A DNA stretch of 64,000 bases from an uncultured bacterium (GTDB lineage Bacteria; Krumholzibacteriota; Krumholzibacteriia; Krumholzibacteriales; Krumholzibacteriaceae): positions 1,280,001 through 1,344,000 of the forward strand of contig CAWBAN010000001.1 in the NCBI GenBank assembly GCA_963786935.1. The letters run 5' to 3'. Under the pieces are notes generated by a model. The model saw nothing but the letters and a program-made list of their open reading frames with translations. It had not been told where the DNA came from and ran no database searches. This document shows, piece by piece, positions 20,423-30,300 of this stretch; position 1 is the first letter of the stretch; each line of letters opens with the position of its first letter. Both the position numbers and the translations under genes were made by a program.

Positions 20423-20484
20423 CGCGAGGAATGGCGGCCTCGACCTTCGGATCGTCGAACCCGCCGCGGCCGCCATTCCTCGCG
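20423..20484. repeat. Perfect 17-bp inverted repeat enclosing an inner hairpin
   Basis: CGCGAGGAATGGCGGCC (20423-20439) and GGCCGCCATTCCTCGCG (20468-20484). Confidence 0.85.
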
Positions 20485-20606
20485 GCGCAGGGGGCTGGAT
20501 TTCCATTGGCGCCGCCCGCCGTCGCGCACTATCTTTAATATCGTTAGCCCCACTCAGCCCATCGGACCTTTCCACCCACTTCGCCCGGAGCAGGAGGAAT
20601 TCGCTC

Positions 20607-21782
20607 ATGCGCACGCGCATTCATCTCGCGCTCATCTGCGTCCTTGCGACCCTGGCGTTCGCTCCGTCGATCGCGCGCACCGAAACCCGGAGCGCGGCGC
20701 CGATCGTATTCGAGGACAGCGGCCTCAATCTCAGCGCGGGCGGATCGTGCTTCAGCATCGCCCTCGGCGACGTCGACGGCGACGGTGATCTCGACGCATT
20801 CGTCACGCAGTACGACCGATCGAGCAGGCTCTGGCTCAACAGCGGCAGCGGCCTCTACACGCGATCGAGCCAGACCTTCGGCGCGACGACCGCGCATGGA
20901 GCGGCGCTCGGCGATCTCGACGGAGACGGAGACCTCGATCTCTTTCTCGTCTTCAACGAAGCGCAGCACCGCGTCTACCTGAACGACGGAAACGGCATCT
21001 TCACCGACAGCGCGCAGCGCCTCGGCAGCGCGGCCGATCTCGGAACAGCCGTCCGGCTCGGAGACATCGACGGCGACGGCGACCTCGACGCTCTCGTGCA
21101 GAACGGAGCGGTATGGAGCGCGATCTGGCGGAACGACGGCGCCGGGCATTTCGGCCCGCCCTCCCCCGTCGAGCAGAGCGGGAGCAAATCGATAGCCCTC
21201 GGCGACCTCGATGGCGACCATGACCTCGATCTCTTCATGTCGGGCACGGGCGCGCTCGACGACGTGGTATTCCTCAACGACGGAACGGGCGAGTTCATCG
21301 ACAGCGGACAGCGGCTCGGAAGCAGTGCGGGATGGGGCGAAGCGGCGCTGGGAGATCTCGACGAAGACGGCGACCTCGACGCGTTCGTGACGAACAACTC
21401 TGCCGGAAATGTCGTCTATCTGAACAACGGCGCCGGGGACTTCACCGCCGCGGGACCGGCCTTCGGCGGATCGAGCCAAAGGGTCGTGCTCGGCGATCTC
21501 GATCGTGACGGCGACATCGACGCGGTGACGGTACACATCAACAACGGCAACACGGTGTGGATGAACGACGGCGCGGGAGGATTCGGCCTCGTCGGGCCTC
21601 TCGGCGCTCAGTACGGCCTATCGGCGAGCCTCGGCGACACCGACAAGGACGGGGATCTCGACGCGTTCGTCGGATTCGGTTACCAGATTGCCGGGGCGCC
21701 CGTGAAGCTCTATCGCAACAGCTGCCCCGTGGCCGCCCGATCGACGAGCTGGGGCGAAATAAAAGGCCGGTTCGACCGCTAG
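20607..21782 (+). CDS. Secreted FG-GAP/VCBS-repeat beta-propeller with C-terminal STSWGEIK motif
   Basis: AGGAGG RBS, signal peptide, seven GDxDxDxDxD repeats. Confidence 0.9.
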   Translation: MRTRIHLALICVLATLAFAPSIARTETRSAAPIVFEDSGLNLSAGGSCFSIALGDVDGDGDLDAFVTQYDRSSRLWLNSGSGLYTRSSQTFGATTAHGAALGDLDGDGDLDLFLVFNEAQHRVYLNDGNGIFTDSAQRLGSAADLGTAVRLGDIDGDGDLDALVQNGAVWSAIWRNDGAGHFGPPSPVEQSGSKSIALGDLDGDHDLDLFMSGTGALDDVVFLNDGTGEFIDSGQRLGSSAGWGEAALGDLDEDGDLDAFVTNNSAGNVVYLNNGAGDFTAAGPAFGGSSQRVVLGDLDRDGDIDAVTVHINNGNTVWMNDGAGGFGLVGPLGAQYGLSASLGDTDKDGDLDAFVGFGYQIAGAPVKLYRNSCPVAARSTSWGEIKGRFDR

Positions 21783-22693
21783 GATCGCTTGAGATACCGG
21801 GCGAAGAACTCGCGTATGGCGGCCTCGGCGTTCGGGTCGTCGAATCCGCCGTGGCCGCCGCCTTTCACCGTATAAAGCGTGACGGGCACGCCCGCTTTCG
21901 CGAGCGCCGCGACGAGGAGCTCGCTCTGGTGATGGGGCACGAGGAGATCGCCGTCACCGTGAACGACGATGAAGGGCGGGCAGTCCCTCGTAATGTAGTT
22001 GATCGGATTGGCGCTCTCCACCTTGTCCTTGTTATCCTCGAGAGTACCGCCGATGAGCTCCGACAGGGGAGAATCGGGCTTGTTGTTGACCGGCGCGCCG
22101 GGCAGACGGTGCGCATCCATCTGGAGAAAATCGATCGGACCGTAGCGATCCGCCACGGCCTGCACGCGGCTCGAGACGTCGAGATTCTCGCCGGCGTCGA
22201 ATTTTGTCGTGGCGCCCGTGACGCCGAGCATCGTGACGAGGTATCCGCCCGCGGAGGAGCCGAGCGCGCCGAAGCGTTCCGGATCGTATCCGTACTTCGC
22301 CGCGTTCGCGCGCAGCCAGCGCACCGCCGCTTTGCAGTCCTCGATCTGCGCGGGAAACACGGCGTCCCAGCTGAAACGATAGTTGATCGAGGCGACGGCG
22401 TAGCCCTGCGAAAGCCACTGCGCCACGTCCTCCTCCCTCTTGTCCCCTTCCTTGAATCCGCCGCCGTGGATGAGAATCATAAGAGGTGGTCGCGCGGCGC
22501 CCTTCGGCAGATAAATGTCGAGCTTCTGCCGCGCATGGCCGTTCGTCACATAGGCGAGGTCGCGATGGACCGTCGTGCCGCGCGGCACGGGAGGCACGCG
22601 GGATGACATCAGGTATCTGTATCCGGTCCGAAGAATGAGGAACGACGCGGCGAGCAGAACGAGCACGATCGCCGCGATTCTCAGCACAGTCAT
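21779..22693 (-). CDS. Alpha/beta hydrolase (HSL-like esterase) with N-terminal anchor
   Basis: LDIYLP, HGGGF, GSSAGG nucleophile elbow, HGDGD, GGH. Confidence 0.9.
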   Translation of the reverse strand: MTVLRIAAIVLVLLAASFLILRTGYRYLMSSRVPPVPRGTTVHRDLAYVTNGHARQKLDIYLPKGAARPPLMILIHGGGFKEGDKREEDVAQWLSQGYAVASINYRFSWDAVFPAQIEDCKAAVRWLRANAAKYGYDPERFGALGSSAGGYLVTMLGVTGATTKFDAGENLDVSSRVQAVADRYGPIDFLQMDAHRLPGAPVNNKPDSPLSELIGGTLEDNKDKVESANPINYITRDCPPFIVVHGDGDLLVPHHQSELLVAALAKAGVPVTLYTVKGGGHGGFDDPNAEAAIREFFARYLKRS

Positions 22694-22700
22694 GGTTCGA

Positions 22701-22869
22701 TTACACCGCCTCGTTGAATTCTTCCCGATACTTGGCAACGCCCGAGACGCCCTCCATTCAGCCGCAGCTTGTCGACGATATCGGCCTCGACGCTCCGGGC
22801 GAACGCAAGCTCGTTGACGCGCCGAACGGCCGCGGCGTCTCCATGCGACTCGAGTCGAACGGTCACCAC
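22701..22869 (-). pseudogene. Internally deleted YhbS-like GNAT acetyltransferase remnant
   Basis: After a GGGAGG RBS reads VVTVRLESHGDAAAVRRVNELAF..EADIVDKLR, then in a shifted frame MEGVSGVAKYREEFNEAV-stop. Confidence 0.65.
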
Positions 22870-23003
22870 ACCACGACCTCCCCCTCGTTCCGATTCTACA
22901 CCGCCGATCCCACGGGAATTCAGCTTATCATGAGGCGGCATTCCGTGCTATACTGAACAACAATTATGAGTTGGCTCCGAATGGCGCCGGCGAAGGGGCG
23001 AGC

Positions 23004-24011
23004 GTGGAACGGTCCAAAAGAAATCTGACGCGTCGCGATTTTCTCATCCGCTCGGCCGCGGTCGCGGCGGCCGCGGCGTTGTCGGGATCGCTCCCCGGCT
23101 GCTCGAAGGACGAAGACAGCGCGGCGGCGCCGAAACGCCCAGCGCCCGGCGAAGCCGGCATGCCGATGCGATCGCTCGGCAAAACGGGTCTCCAGGTCTC
23201 GATCCTGAGCTTCGGCGGCGGCTCTTATTTCCTCTACAATCAGGACGGCCAGTGGGAGCCGATGCTCGAAGAGGCGGTAAATTCGGGCATAAACCTCTTC
23301 GACACATGCTCGTGTTACACGCTCTCCGGCACGAAGACGAGCGAGGAGCGCTACGGCATGGTTCTGTCGCCGCACCGCCAGCGCCTCGTGATCTCCACGA
23401 AATTCGACGCGAGAACATCGGACGGCGCGGCGGCCGAGTTCGAGCGGAGCCTGCGCGCCCTGCGGACGGATTACGTGGATATTCTCCTCATCCACAACGT
23501 CGTGTCGACCGACAGCCTCGCGACGATCGAGCAGGGCGCCTACCGGCGGCTCGTGCGGCTCAAGGAAGAGGGCGCGGCGAGATTCATCGGCTTTTCGAGC
23601 ATGTCGAGCGCCGCGAAATCGAGGGAGCTCCTCGAGAACCTCGATTTCGACGTCGTCATGCTCGCGCTCAGCCCCACGAGATACGGGGACTACGCGAGCA
23701 CGGTCCTCCCGCTCGCGTGCGAGAAGCGCGTCGGCGTCATCGCCATGAAGACGATGTCGGGCGCGGTGAACGAGTTCGCCACGCCCAAGGAGCTGCTCGA
23801 TTATGCATGGACGACCGCCGGCGTCTCATCCGCGGTGGTCGGACACTATCTGCTCGAAGGGCTTCGGGAGAACGTCGCGCTCGCGAAGGATTTCGAGATC
23901 GACTGGCCGGCGCCGACATCTCGCACTGCGCTCGAATCGCGGCTCTCGCCTCTCGCGGGCCCCCGCGCGCTCTACTGGGCCCGCCCGGATTACCGCGACT
24001 GCGGCAGCTAG
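23004..24011 (+). CDS. Tat-exported aldo/keto reductase, probable lipoprotein
   Basis: TRRDFL Tat motif, LPGC lipobox, RSLGKTGLQVS, FDT..Y, STKF, SLRALRTDYVDILLIH; start uncertain. Confidence 0.88.
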   Translation: MERSKRNLTRRDFLIRSAAVAAAAALSGSLPGCSKDEDSAAAPKRPAPGEAGMPMRSLGKTGLQVSILSFGGGSYFLYNQDGQWEPMLEEAVNSGINLFDTCSCYTLSGTKTSEERYGMVLSPHRQRLVISTKFDARTSDGAAAEFERSLRALRTDYVDILLIHNVVSTDSLATIEQGAYRRLVRLKEEGAARFIGFSSMSSAAKSRELLENLDFDVVMLALSPTRYGDYASTVLPLACEKRVGVIAMKTMSGAVNEFATPKELLDYAWTTAGVSSAVVGHYLLEGLRENVALAKDFEIDWPAPTSRTALESRLSPLAGPRALYWARPDYRDCGS

Positions 24012-24027
24012 ACAATATAGATCCATA

Positions 24028-26004
24028 TCAGCGAACGAGGACGATCTTCATCGTCGTTCGAATTCCGTCTCCCGTAAGCGTGCAGTAGTAGACCCCCGGG
24101 GCGGCCGGCGAGCCGTTCTCCCTCGTGCCGTTCCAGAGCGCCGCGTGGCGCCCGCCGGCCTGGCGTCCCCGGCACAGGCGGGCGACGAGCGCGCCGTCGC
24201 ACGAGAACACGGAGAGATCGACCGTCATCGCGGACGGAACGTCATACGGAATCACCGTCCCGGCGCTGAAGGGATTCGGGTAATTCTGGAAGAGCGCGAG
24301 CTTCGCCGCCGGCACGCGAACCGGGCCGGTCTCGAAGAGCACCGTCGAGGATCCGCCCTCGACGGCCGTTCCCCGGTAGAAATACGCTGTGCCCGCTTCG
24401 GCGGAGCCGTCGCGGAACGAATACGCCGTCCCATCGCGTTCGACGGCTCCCGCGAGGCGAACGAAACGGTCCCGCGCGCCCTCCGACGACCGCGCGATCT
24501 CGATCGCCGTCTCCGGAAGCGCGCGGGAGAGCGTCCATCGAAGCGTGATCCCGCCGTCGCGGACTTCCGCCTCGCAGCTCTGCAGGAACGTCGACACGGG
24601 CTCTCCGTTCGCACGAACCCGCTGCGCGTAGATATCCCAGCTGCCCGAGCGCGCGTCTTCCCACGCGAAGATCGCTCCGCCTTCTCCGTCGGCGGCCGCC
24701 GTGACGCGCCGCTGGCTGCCGGGCGACACGCAGACGGGGATGCCCTCGCTCCGCCACTGCAGGATTCCCGATCCCGACACCTTGTTCGCCCGGATATCCG
24801 TGCCGTCGCCCGACCGGTAATCGTGCCACGCCGCGATCGCGCCCCCCACACCGTCGAAGACGAGCGCCGGATCGGCCTGTCTGAACGGCTCCGCGCACAG
24901 CGCAACGCCGCCGGCGCCCCACTCGACGCCGCCTTGTCCGTTCACGCGCTGCGCGAATATGTCGTGGCTCGTCCCGCTCCTGAGATCGATCCACGCGAAA
25001 TAGGCGCCCCCCTCGCCGTCGCTCGCCAGAATCGGATCGAACTGATCGTCCTCCTCGATACACACGGGCACGCCCGATTCCGCCCAGATCAGATCTCCCC
25101 CCGCGCCGATATGCTGCGCATAGACGTGGCTGCTCGCGCCGTTCCGGAAATCGTGCCACACGACGATCGCGCCCTGGTTTCCGTCCGGAATGGCCGACGG
25201 CGACCATTGCCCCGGCGGCGCGTCGCACAGGGGGATTCCTTCATCCGGCCACATAGATTCGCCGAAACGGTCGAGCCGCTGCGCGTAGATCGTGCTCGCG
25301 AAATCGCACGCTCGGTTGTCTTCCCAAACGACGACGACGCCGCCGTCGCCGTCGGCGACGGACGCCGTCACGGGATGCATGAACGCGCGGTTGAAATTCG
25401 CGACACCGCAGACCTCAACGCCGTCGGTCTGCCACATGGGCACTCCCCTGGCATCCACCCGCTGCGCATAAAGACCGTAGCCCCCCGCGCGATTATCCCA
25501 CCACGTGATGATGGCTCCTCCCTCGCCGTCCGCGCAGATGGACGGATACCACTGCGTGCCGATCGCGGTGCAGATCGGCACGCCGTTCGGCTGCCAGACG
25601 AAGGAGCCGTCGCCGCGGATTCGCTGCGTATAGATGTCGCACTCTTCGAAGCTCCTCGTATCGATCCAGGCGACGATGACGCCCCCCTCGTTGTCCGGAA
25701 TCATGACCGGGTCCCACTCCTCGCTGGGCAGACTGCAGGGAGAAACGCCGTCGCGCCGCCATCCCGGCGATCCGGCGTTGCTGACGCTCTGGAGGAAGAC
25801 GCTCCCCATCTCCCGATCGTCCTGCCAGACGACGATGAATCCCCCGAAGCCGTTCGGGATGACGCGCGGAGTGGTCTGCCAGTTGGGGGCCGTGCACAGC
25901 GGAGTGCCGCCTCCGACCCAGAGCGAGCTCCCCTGCGCGCATCGAACGCAGAGAAAAAGAGATAGAAAGATGACTGAAAGCGGAATCTTCAGCAATTTCG
26001 ACAT
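24028..26004 (-). CDS. Secreted repeat protein (8 x DGxGG..W.D.R..IYAQR) with FlgD/T9SS-like C-terminal domain
   Basis: Signal peptide, eight repeats of about 60 aa, QNYPNPF...WNG..GVYYCTL. Confidence 0.85.
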   Translation of the reverse strand: MSKLLKIPLSVIFLSLFLCVRCAQGSSLWVGGGTPLCTAPNWQTTPRVIPNGFGGFIVVWQDDREMGSVFLQSVSNAGSPGWRRDGVSPCSLPSEEWDPVMIPDNEGGVIVAWIDTRSFEECDIYTQRIRGDGSFVWQPNGVPICTAIGTQWYPSICADGEGGAIITWWDNRAGGYGLYAQRVDARGVPMWQTDGVEVCGVANFNRAFMHPVTASVADGDGGVVVVWEDNRACDFASTIYAQRLDRFGESMWPDEGIPLCDAPPGQWSPSAIPDGNQGAIVVWHDFRNGASSHVYAQHIGAGGDLIWAESGVPVCIEEDDQFDPILASDGEGGAYFAWIDLRSGTSHDIFAQRVNGQGGVEWGAGGVALCAEPFRQADPALVFDGVGGAIAAWHDYRSGDGTDIRANKVSGSGILQWRSEGIPVCVSPGSQRRVTAAADGEGGAIFAWEDARSGSWDIYAQRVRANGEPVSTFLQSCEAEVRDGGITLRWTLSRALPETAIEIARSSEGARDRFVRLAGAVERDGTAYSFRDGSAEAGTAYFYRGTAVEGGSSTVLFETGPVRVPAAKLALFQNYPNPFSAGTVIPYDVPSAMTVDLSVFSCDGALVARLCRGRQAGGRHAALWNGTRENGSPAAPGVYYCTLTGDGIRTTMKIVLVR

Positions 26005-26175
26005 TTGATGGACCTCGGCTTTAGATGCCGCGGCTTCTGCATGTCGCACTATTTTCTTCTTAAAGAATATGGTATCATCATATATAATGGAAGTCTAGCG
26101 AGTTCTTGGGGACATAATGCATTTGCCGGAGCGAGCAATATAAAGAGAATCGCGGCTGTCTACGGGAGAATCGAG

Positions 26176-27300
26176 ATGACACTCCGTCGGGCGTGCGGCG
26201 TTGCGGCATTCGTTATGGCGCTGTGCGCGGCAAGCTCGCCGGCGTCAGGCGATGATCCATTCGTGCTCTATGTCTCTCCGGCCGGAAACGACACCGCCGC
26301 GGGGACCTTCGAAGCGCCGATCCGAAGCTTCGAGCGCGCAGGGGAAATCCTCGCCGCCGAGGCGCCCGACAGCGACGTCGTTATTCGTCTGCGGAGCGAC
26401 CAAGGGACCTACGTCGATTATTCAATCGTCTGGACTTATTACAATCCCTCTCATACGACGACTTTCGAGCCGTTCCCGGCCGATACTCCTGCCGTGTTCA
26501 GGGGGGACGGCGCCGATCCGCCGCCGCGACCGTTCTTCACGCTCGATGCCGCCCGCGGCGAGCCGACGAACCTCGTGTTCAAAGGGCTCCGCATCGAGGC
26601 GTACGCGAGCAGGATCTTCTATTTCCTCGGGAACCGCGAGAATCCCGCGGGCGGATGGAACGGCCGCAACCGGATCGTCGACTGCATGTTCAGGAACATC
26701 GGCAACTACTGGTCGCCGGCGAGCCCGATCGTCTACGGGGCGATCACGTTCGTCAACTCGACCGACAACGTCATCGAGAACTGCGTCTTCTCCGCCTTCG
26801 CGAACGCCAACACGGCCGTGAGCCTGAGCGACGCGCGGGAGTTTCCCGAGATCTCACTCGACGTCGAGGAGGCGGCGGAGGGAACCGGCGCCGCGGCCGC
26901 GACGGCGCTCCCCATCATCGGCGTGTACGTCGCCCATCACAGCTCGCGCGACACGATCCGCGCCTGCACGATGGACAGCATCTTCGGCGATCCGGTGCGC
27001 ATCCGCGACGCATCGAACGGCACGCTCATCGACCAGTGCGTCTTCACGCGCGCCGGGCACAACGCCGTCTGCTCGATGTGGTTCTGCGACGCCGAGTATC
27101 TCGACTGCGACAAGGTCCACCCCGAATGCCCTCCCTGCTTCGCCGTTCTCAGAAACTGCGTCGCGTACGGCGACCGCAATTGCGCCGTGCCGAGGCTCTT
27201 CAAGGATCTCAACGTAACTTACTCGAGGCGATGCGCGCCGGCGTGCGGGATCATGGACCGGATGACGATCGAAAACACGTACGCCGGACCGTGCCCCTAG
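26176..27300 (+). CDS. Secreted right-handed beta-helix protein
   Basis: Signal peptide, LYVSPAGND..GT.EAP, repeated N.I.NC.F turns, Cys-rich tail. Confidence 0.78.
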   Translation: MTLRRACGVAAFVMALCAASSPASGDDPFVLYVSPAGNDTAAGTFEAPIRSFERAGEILAAEAPDSDVVIRLRSDQGTYVDYSIVWTYYNPSHTTTFEPFPADTPAVFRGDGADPPPRPFFTLDAARGEPTNLVFKGLRIEAYASRIFYFLGNRENPAGGWNGRNRIVDCMFRNIGNYWSPASPIVYGAITFVNSTDNVIENCVFSAFANANTAVSLSDAREFPEISLDVEEAAEGTGAAAATALPIIGVYVAHHSSRDTIRACTMDSIFGDPVRIRDASNGTLIDQCVFTRAGHNAVCSMWFCDAEYLDCDKVHPECPPCFAVLRNCVAYGDRNCAVPRLFKDLNVTYSRRCAPACGIMDRMTIENTYAGPCP

Positions 27301-27372
27301 ATGCGCATGTGGACCGGATCGTGCGTGCCGTAATCACTCATAACACTTACTTAACCAGCCTCGCTTCGGAAG

Positions 27373-30300
27373 TCAGTTAGCGGCGTGACGTCGGCAATGG
27401 TCGATCAATGCACCCAGTAGGCCTCCAGTCTTATCGCAAAGCTTCTCGTTGGCTACAACATGCAGTTCCCTTCTGGCACGCGTGATGGCCACATTCAGCA
27501 GATTCTTGGAATCCGTCGCAGGATCGTGAACCCACCTGATTGTCCCCGGGGGCATGTTGTCGGAAACGACCAGAGAAAAAACCATGACATCCCGCTCGTC
27601 ACCCTGGAAACCATGCGCCGTGGAAACGGTAACCATACCAGAGTCACCCGCGAAAAGGGAATTGGCCCTCAGTTGGCTGATGATGGCCTCGGCCTGCTGC
27701 CGGAACGGGGTGACAACGCCGATCTGAGAATGATCGTATCCCTTCTTTATCGCCTCGGCGACCAGCCGCTGAACTTCGTCGATCTCGGCTGGATTGGACC
27801 AACGCCGGTGGGCCTCGCCTTCGCAAGCGTGGAGAAATACGCCGGGGCGATCATCGCGAGTAGTCCGAATGCGGAGACACCCGTCATAGAAACAGCGGTT
27901 GCTGTAGTCGATGATGTCGGGGTGACATCTATAATGATCCTTGAGCAAGAGCCGCCTCCCACCGGCGGCCGTGAAGCGATCATAGGCGAGATCGAGCATG
28001 CTCGAGCTGCAGAAGTCGTACCGCCTGAAGGAGTCGCCAAGCAGACCGTATGCCTTAAGCAGCTTCTGATTCTTGTTGTCGGGCATGGTGACAACAGGTC
28101 GAAGCTGCATCTCGTCTCCGATAATCACTGCCCTGCGCGCCCGGTACAGGATGGGTAGACACGATGCCACGTCGGCCTGCGAGGCCTCATCGATCACAGC
28201 CAGGTCGAAGAGCCCCGCGGCAAGGGGAATCTTGTTCCCCACTGAGAGGGTCGTAGTCGCGCAGCAGGGAAAAACCTTCATAACGTCGTCGAAGGGCGTC
28301 CGACTTCTCGAATCCCCCAGGAGATTCACTACCGATTTGATCACTTCGCTATCGCGGCGCCTATGCCATTGAAGCGTAAGCAATTTCTTGGAGGGCTCGA
28401 TGCGACTAGTTTCAACTTCGCTCCACTCCTTGAGAATCTGCGCCTCGTCGAACTGGTCCAGTATCTCCCAAGTATCAGTATGCTGCCGGCTCAGCGAGTT
28501 CATAATCTCAAGGGCCGGCAAAAACCTCGCGGATGCGACCTGGAGATTCTCGTTGCCAATAGCCGATATCAACTCAGCGGGCAGATGCTCGTTTAGCTGC
28601 CGATTGAGTTCGTCTTGCAACAGCTTCTCGAACTTCTCTCGATTGAGCATCGCACCCAGTCCGTATCCCTTCTTGAAACTGGTCACCGTGCGGCCAATCA
28701 ATCCTGCCCCGGCATGTGATTCGCGCTCATGGATTCCTGCAAGTCGCCGCCAGATACTTGCTCCAAAATCGGTGCTTTGCTTATCATGCCAATCAGTCAG
28801 CCCAAACAGCGCATCATTCTGATCGCGCATCGCTTCCATCTGCTGATCGATCTGATCTATATTGCGCCGCGCCTTGCGGGCTTGTTCAAGACCCAGGTAT
28901 AGCTGCTGGAGCTTTGCAGATTTATCGCGCAGCTCAACGCGGATGGCGCGCTCCTGACTCTTGAGCTCGAGAAAGTGATCGGAATCGATGGGGTCAAGAG
29001 CACTCAGGAAAGCTGCGAATCTCTGGTTTTGATCGTTGCTCCCCGTACGGAACACAAACGGAAATCTCAATATGCCGCCGTTCATGCGATCGACAACGAC
29101 ATCCACGGCCTTGTTATTGCGGCTCGCGAAAATCACCTTTCTTCCACCATCGACCATATTGACAATAATATTCTGAATCAGTTGCGTCTTGCCGGTACCC
29201 GGCGGGCCAGAGATAACTTGAAGCAAACCCTTATCTTCTACGGCAAGCCCAACGCCCTGGCTTTGTTCGAAGTTCGATGGGATCACACACAAGTTGGGAG
29301 GATGCCAATCCTTCGAAACGTGCTCCGGCGCCAAGCCGTCCAGTATCCGCCAAGCAAGATTGTCTCTCGATTCCGGCTGACCGCTCCAGATATCGCGTAT
29401 TTTGCCCATATCCCGGAGAAGCCGGTTGTACATGCCCGAGGTCGACTGAAACAGCAGCGCGAGAGGCAGCAATCCTTCATTCAATGCGGCATAGTCGTAG
29501 CCGCCCATCTGTTTGAAGCCAGGGTTCCACTCCACCTCCAACGCATCCAGGAGATAGCGAATCTGGTTCTCGACTGAACCGGCGGTTTCCACCTCGCGCA
29601 GCAACTCCTCGATCTCCTCCGTCGTAAGACTCTGTATGGCCGTGAAGCGCCGTATGGCTGAACGGTTGACCGTCACTTCGTCCTTGCTAAGGGCCTGGCA
29701 GAAGAACCGACCCTTCTCCCGTATGATGCGCATGTCCCTCATCACCAAAGGCTCGGCGTAGAATGTCGGGTGATCCTTCCAAATCTGCTTGACGATGATA
29801 GGAAGATATCCATAGGTAAATCGGGCATCAGGGGTCAGGAAGCGATCGGGAATACGCAGACTATCGAGCTCGAATTGCCCATTGCCGAAGAACACCGACT
29901 CGCTGCAATTCTGCACGAAATAGAAGAGGTCCGGCTTCGATAGATCGATGCTAGATCCCTGCTTAGCCAACTCCTGAATGCAGTCGATGTAATATCGCAG
30001 CACGCGCAGCGGGACAGGCTCACCAAGCACGCTTTCCGGAACTGATACATCAACCTCCTCTTGTTTGGATCTGGAGGCGATGCGCGTACCCATGCTCACG
30101 ATTGGCTGGAGCGCATATTCCGGGAAGACAACATCCTCAACGGAGGGCTCCGAACCCGCAAACTTGAATTCTTCCGCCTTCAGCAATGACGCCAAAGCCC
30201 TTATGGACCGATCAGTCAGGTGGATCTGCGGCCGCGGGTCCGTCTTGTGATGAATTGGATCCGTAGTAAGATCACAGAGGAACTTGGCGATGTCGTATCC

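Noticed and set aside
19953..20606. N-terminal extension of the FG-GAP protein
   Set aside because: It overlaps the anti-sigma gene and intergenic DNA; the AGGAGG RBS and signal peptide place the start at 20607
20760..21670. Recurrent GGCGAxxTCGACGGCGAC nucleotide repeats as a CRISPR-like array
   Set aside because: They are degenerate, in frame and encode FG-GAP repeats; no cas genes are present
27301..27372. Attachment-site direct repeats at the island borders (compared with 39090-39250)
   Set aside because: Only short matches such as ATAACAC were found, with no tRNA or integrase nearby
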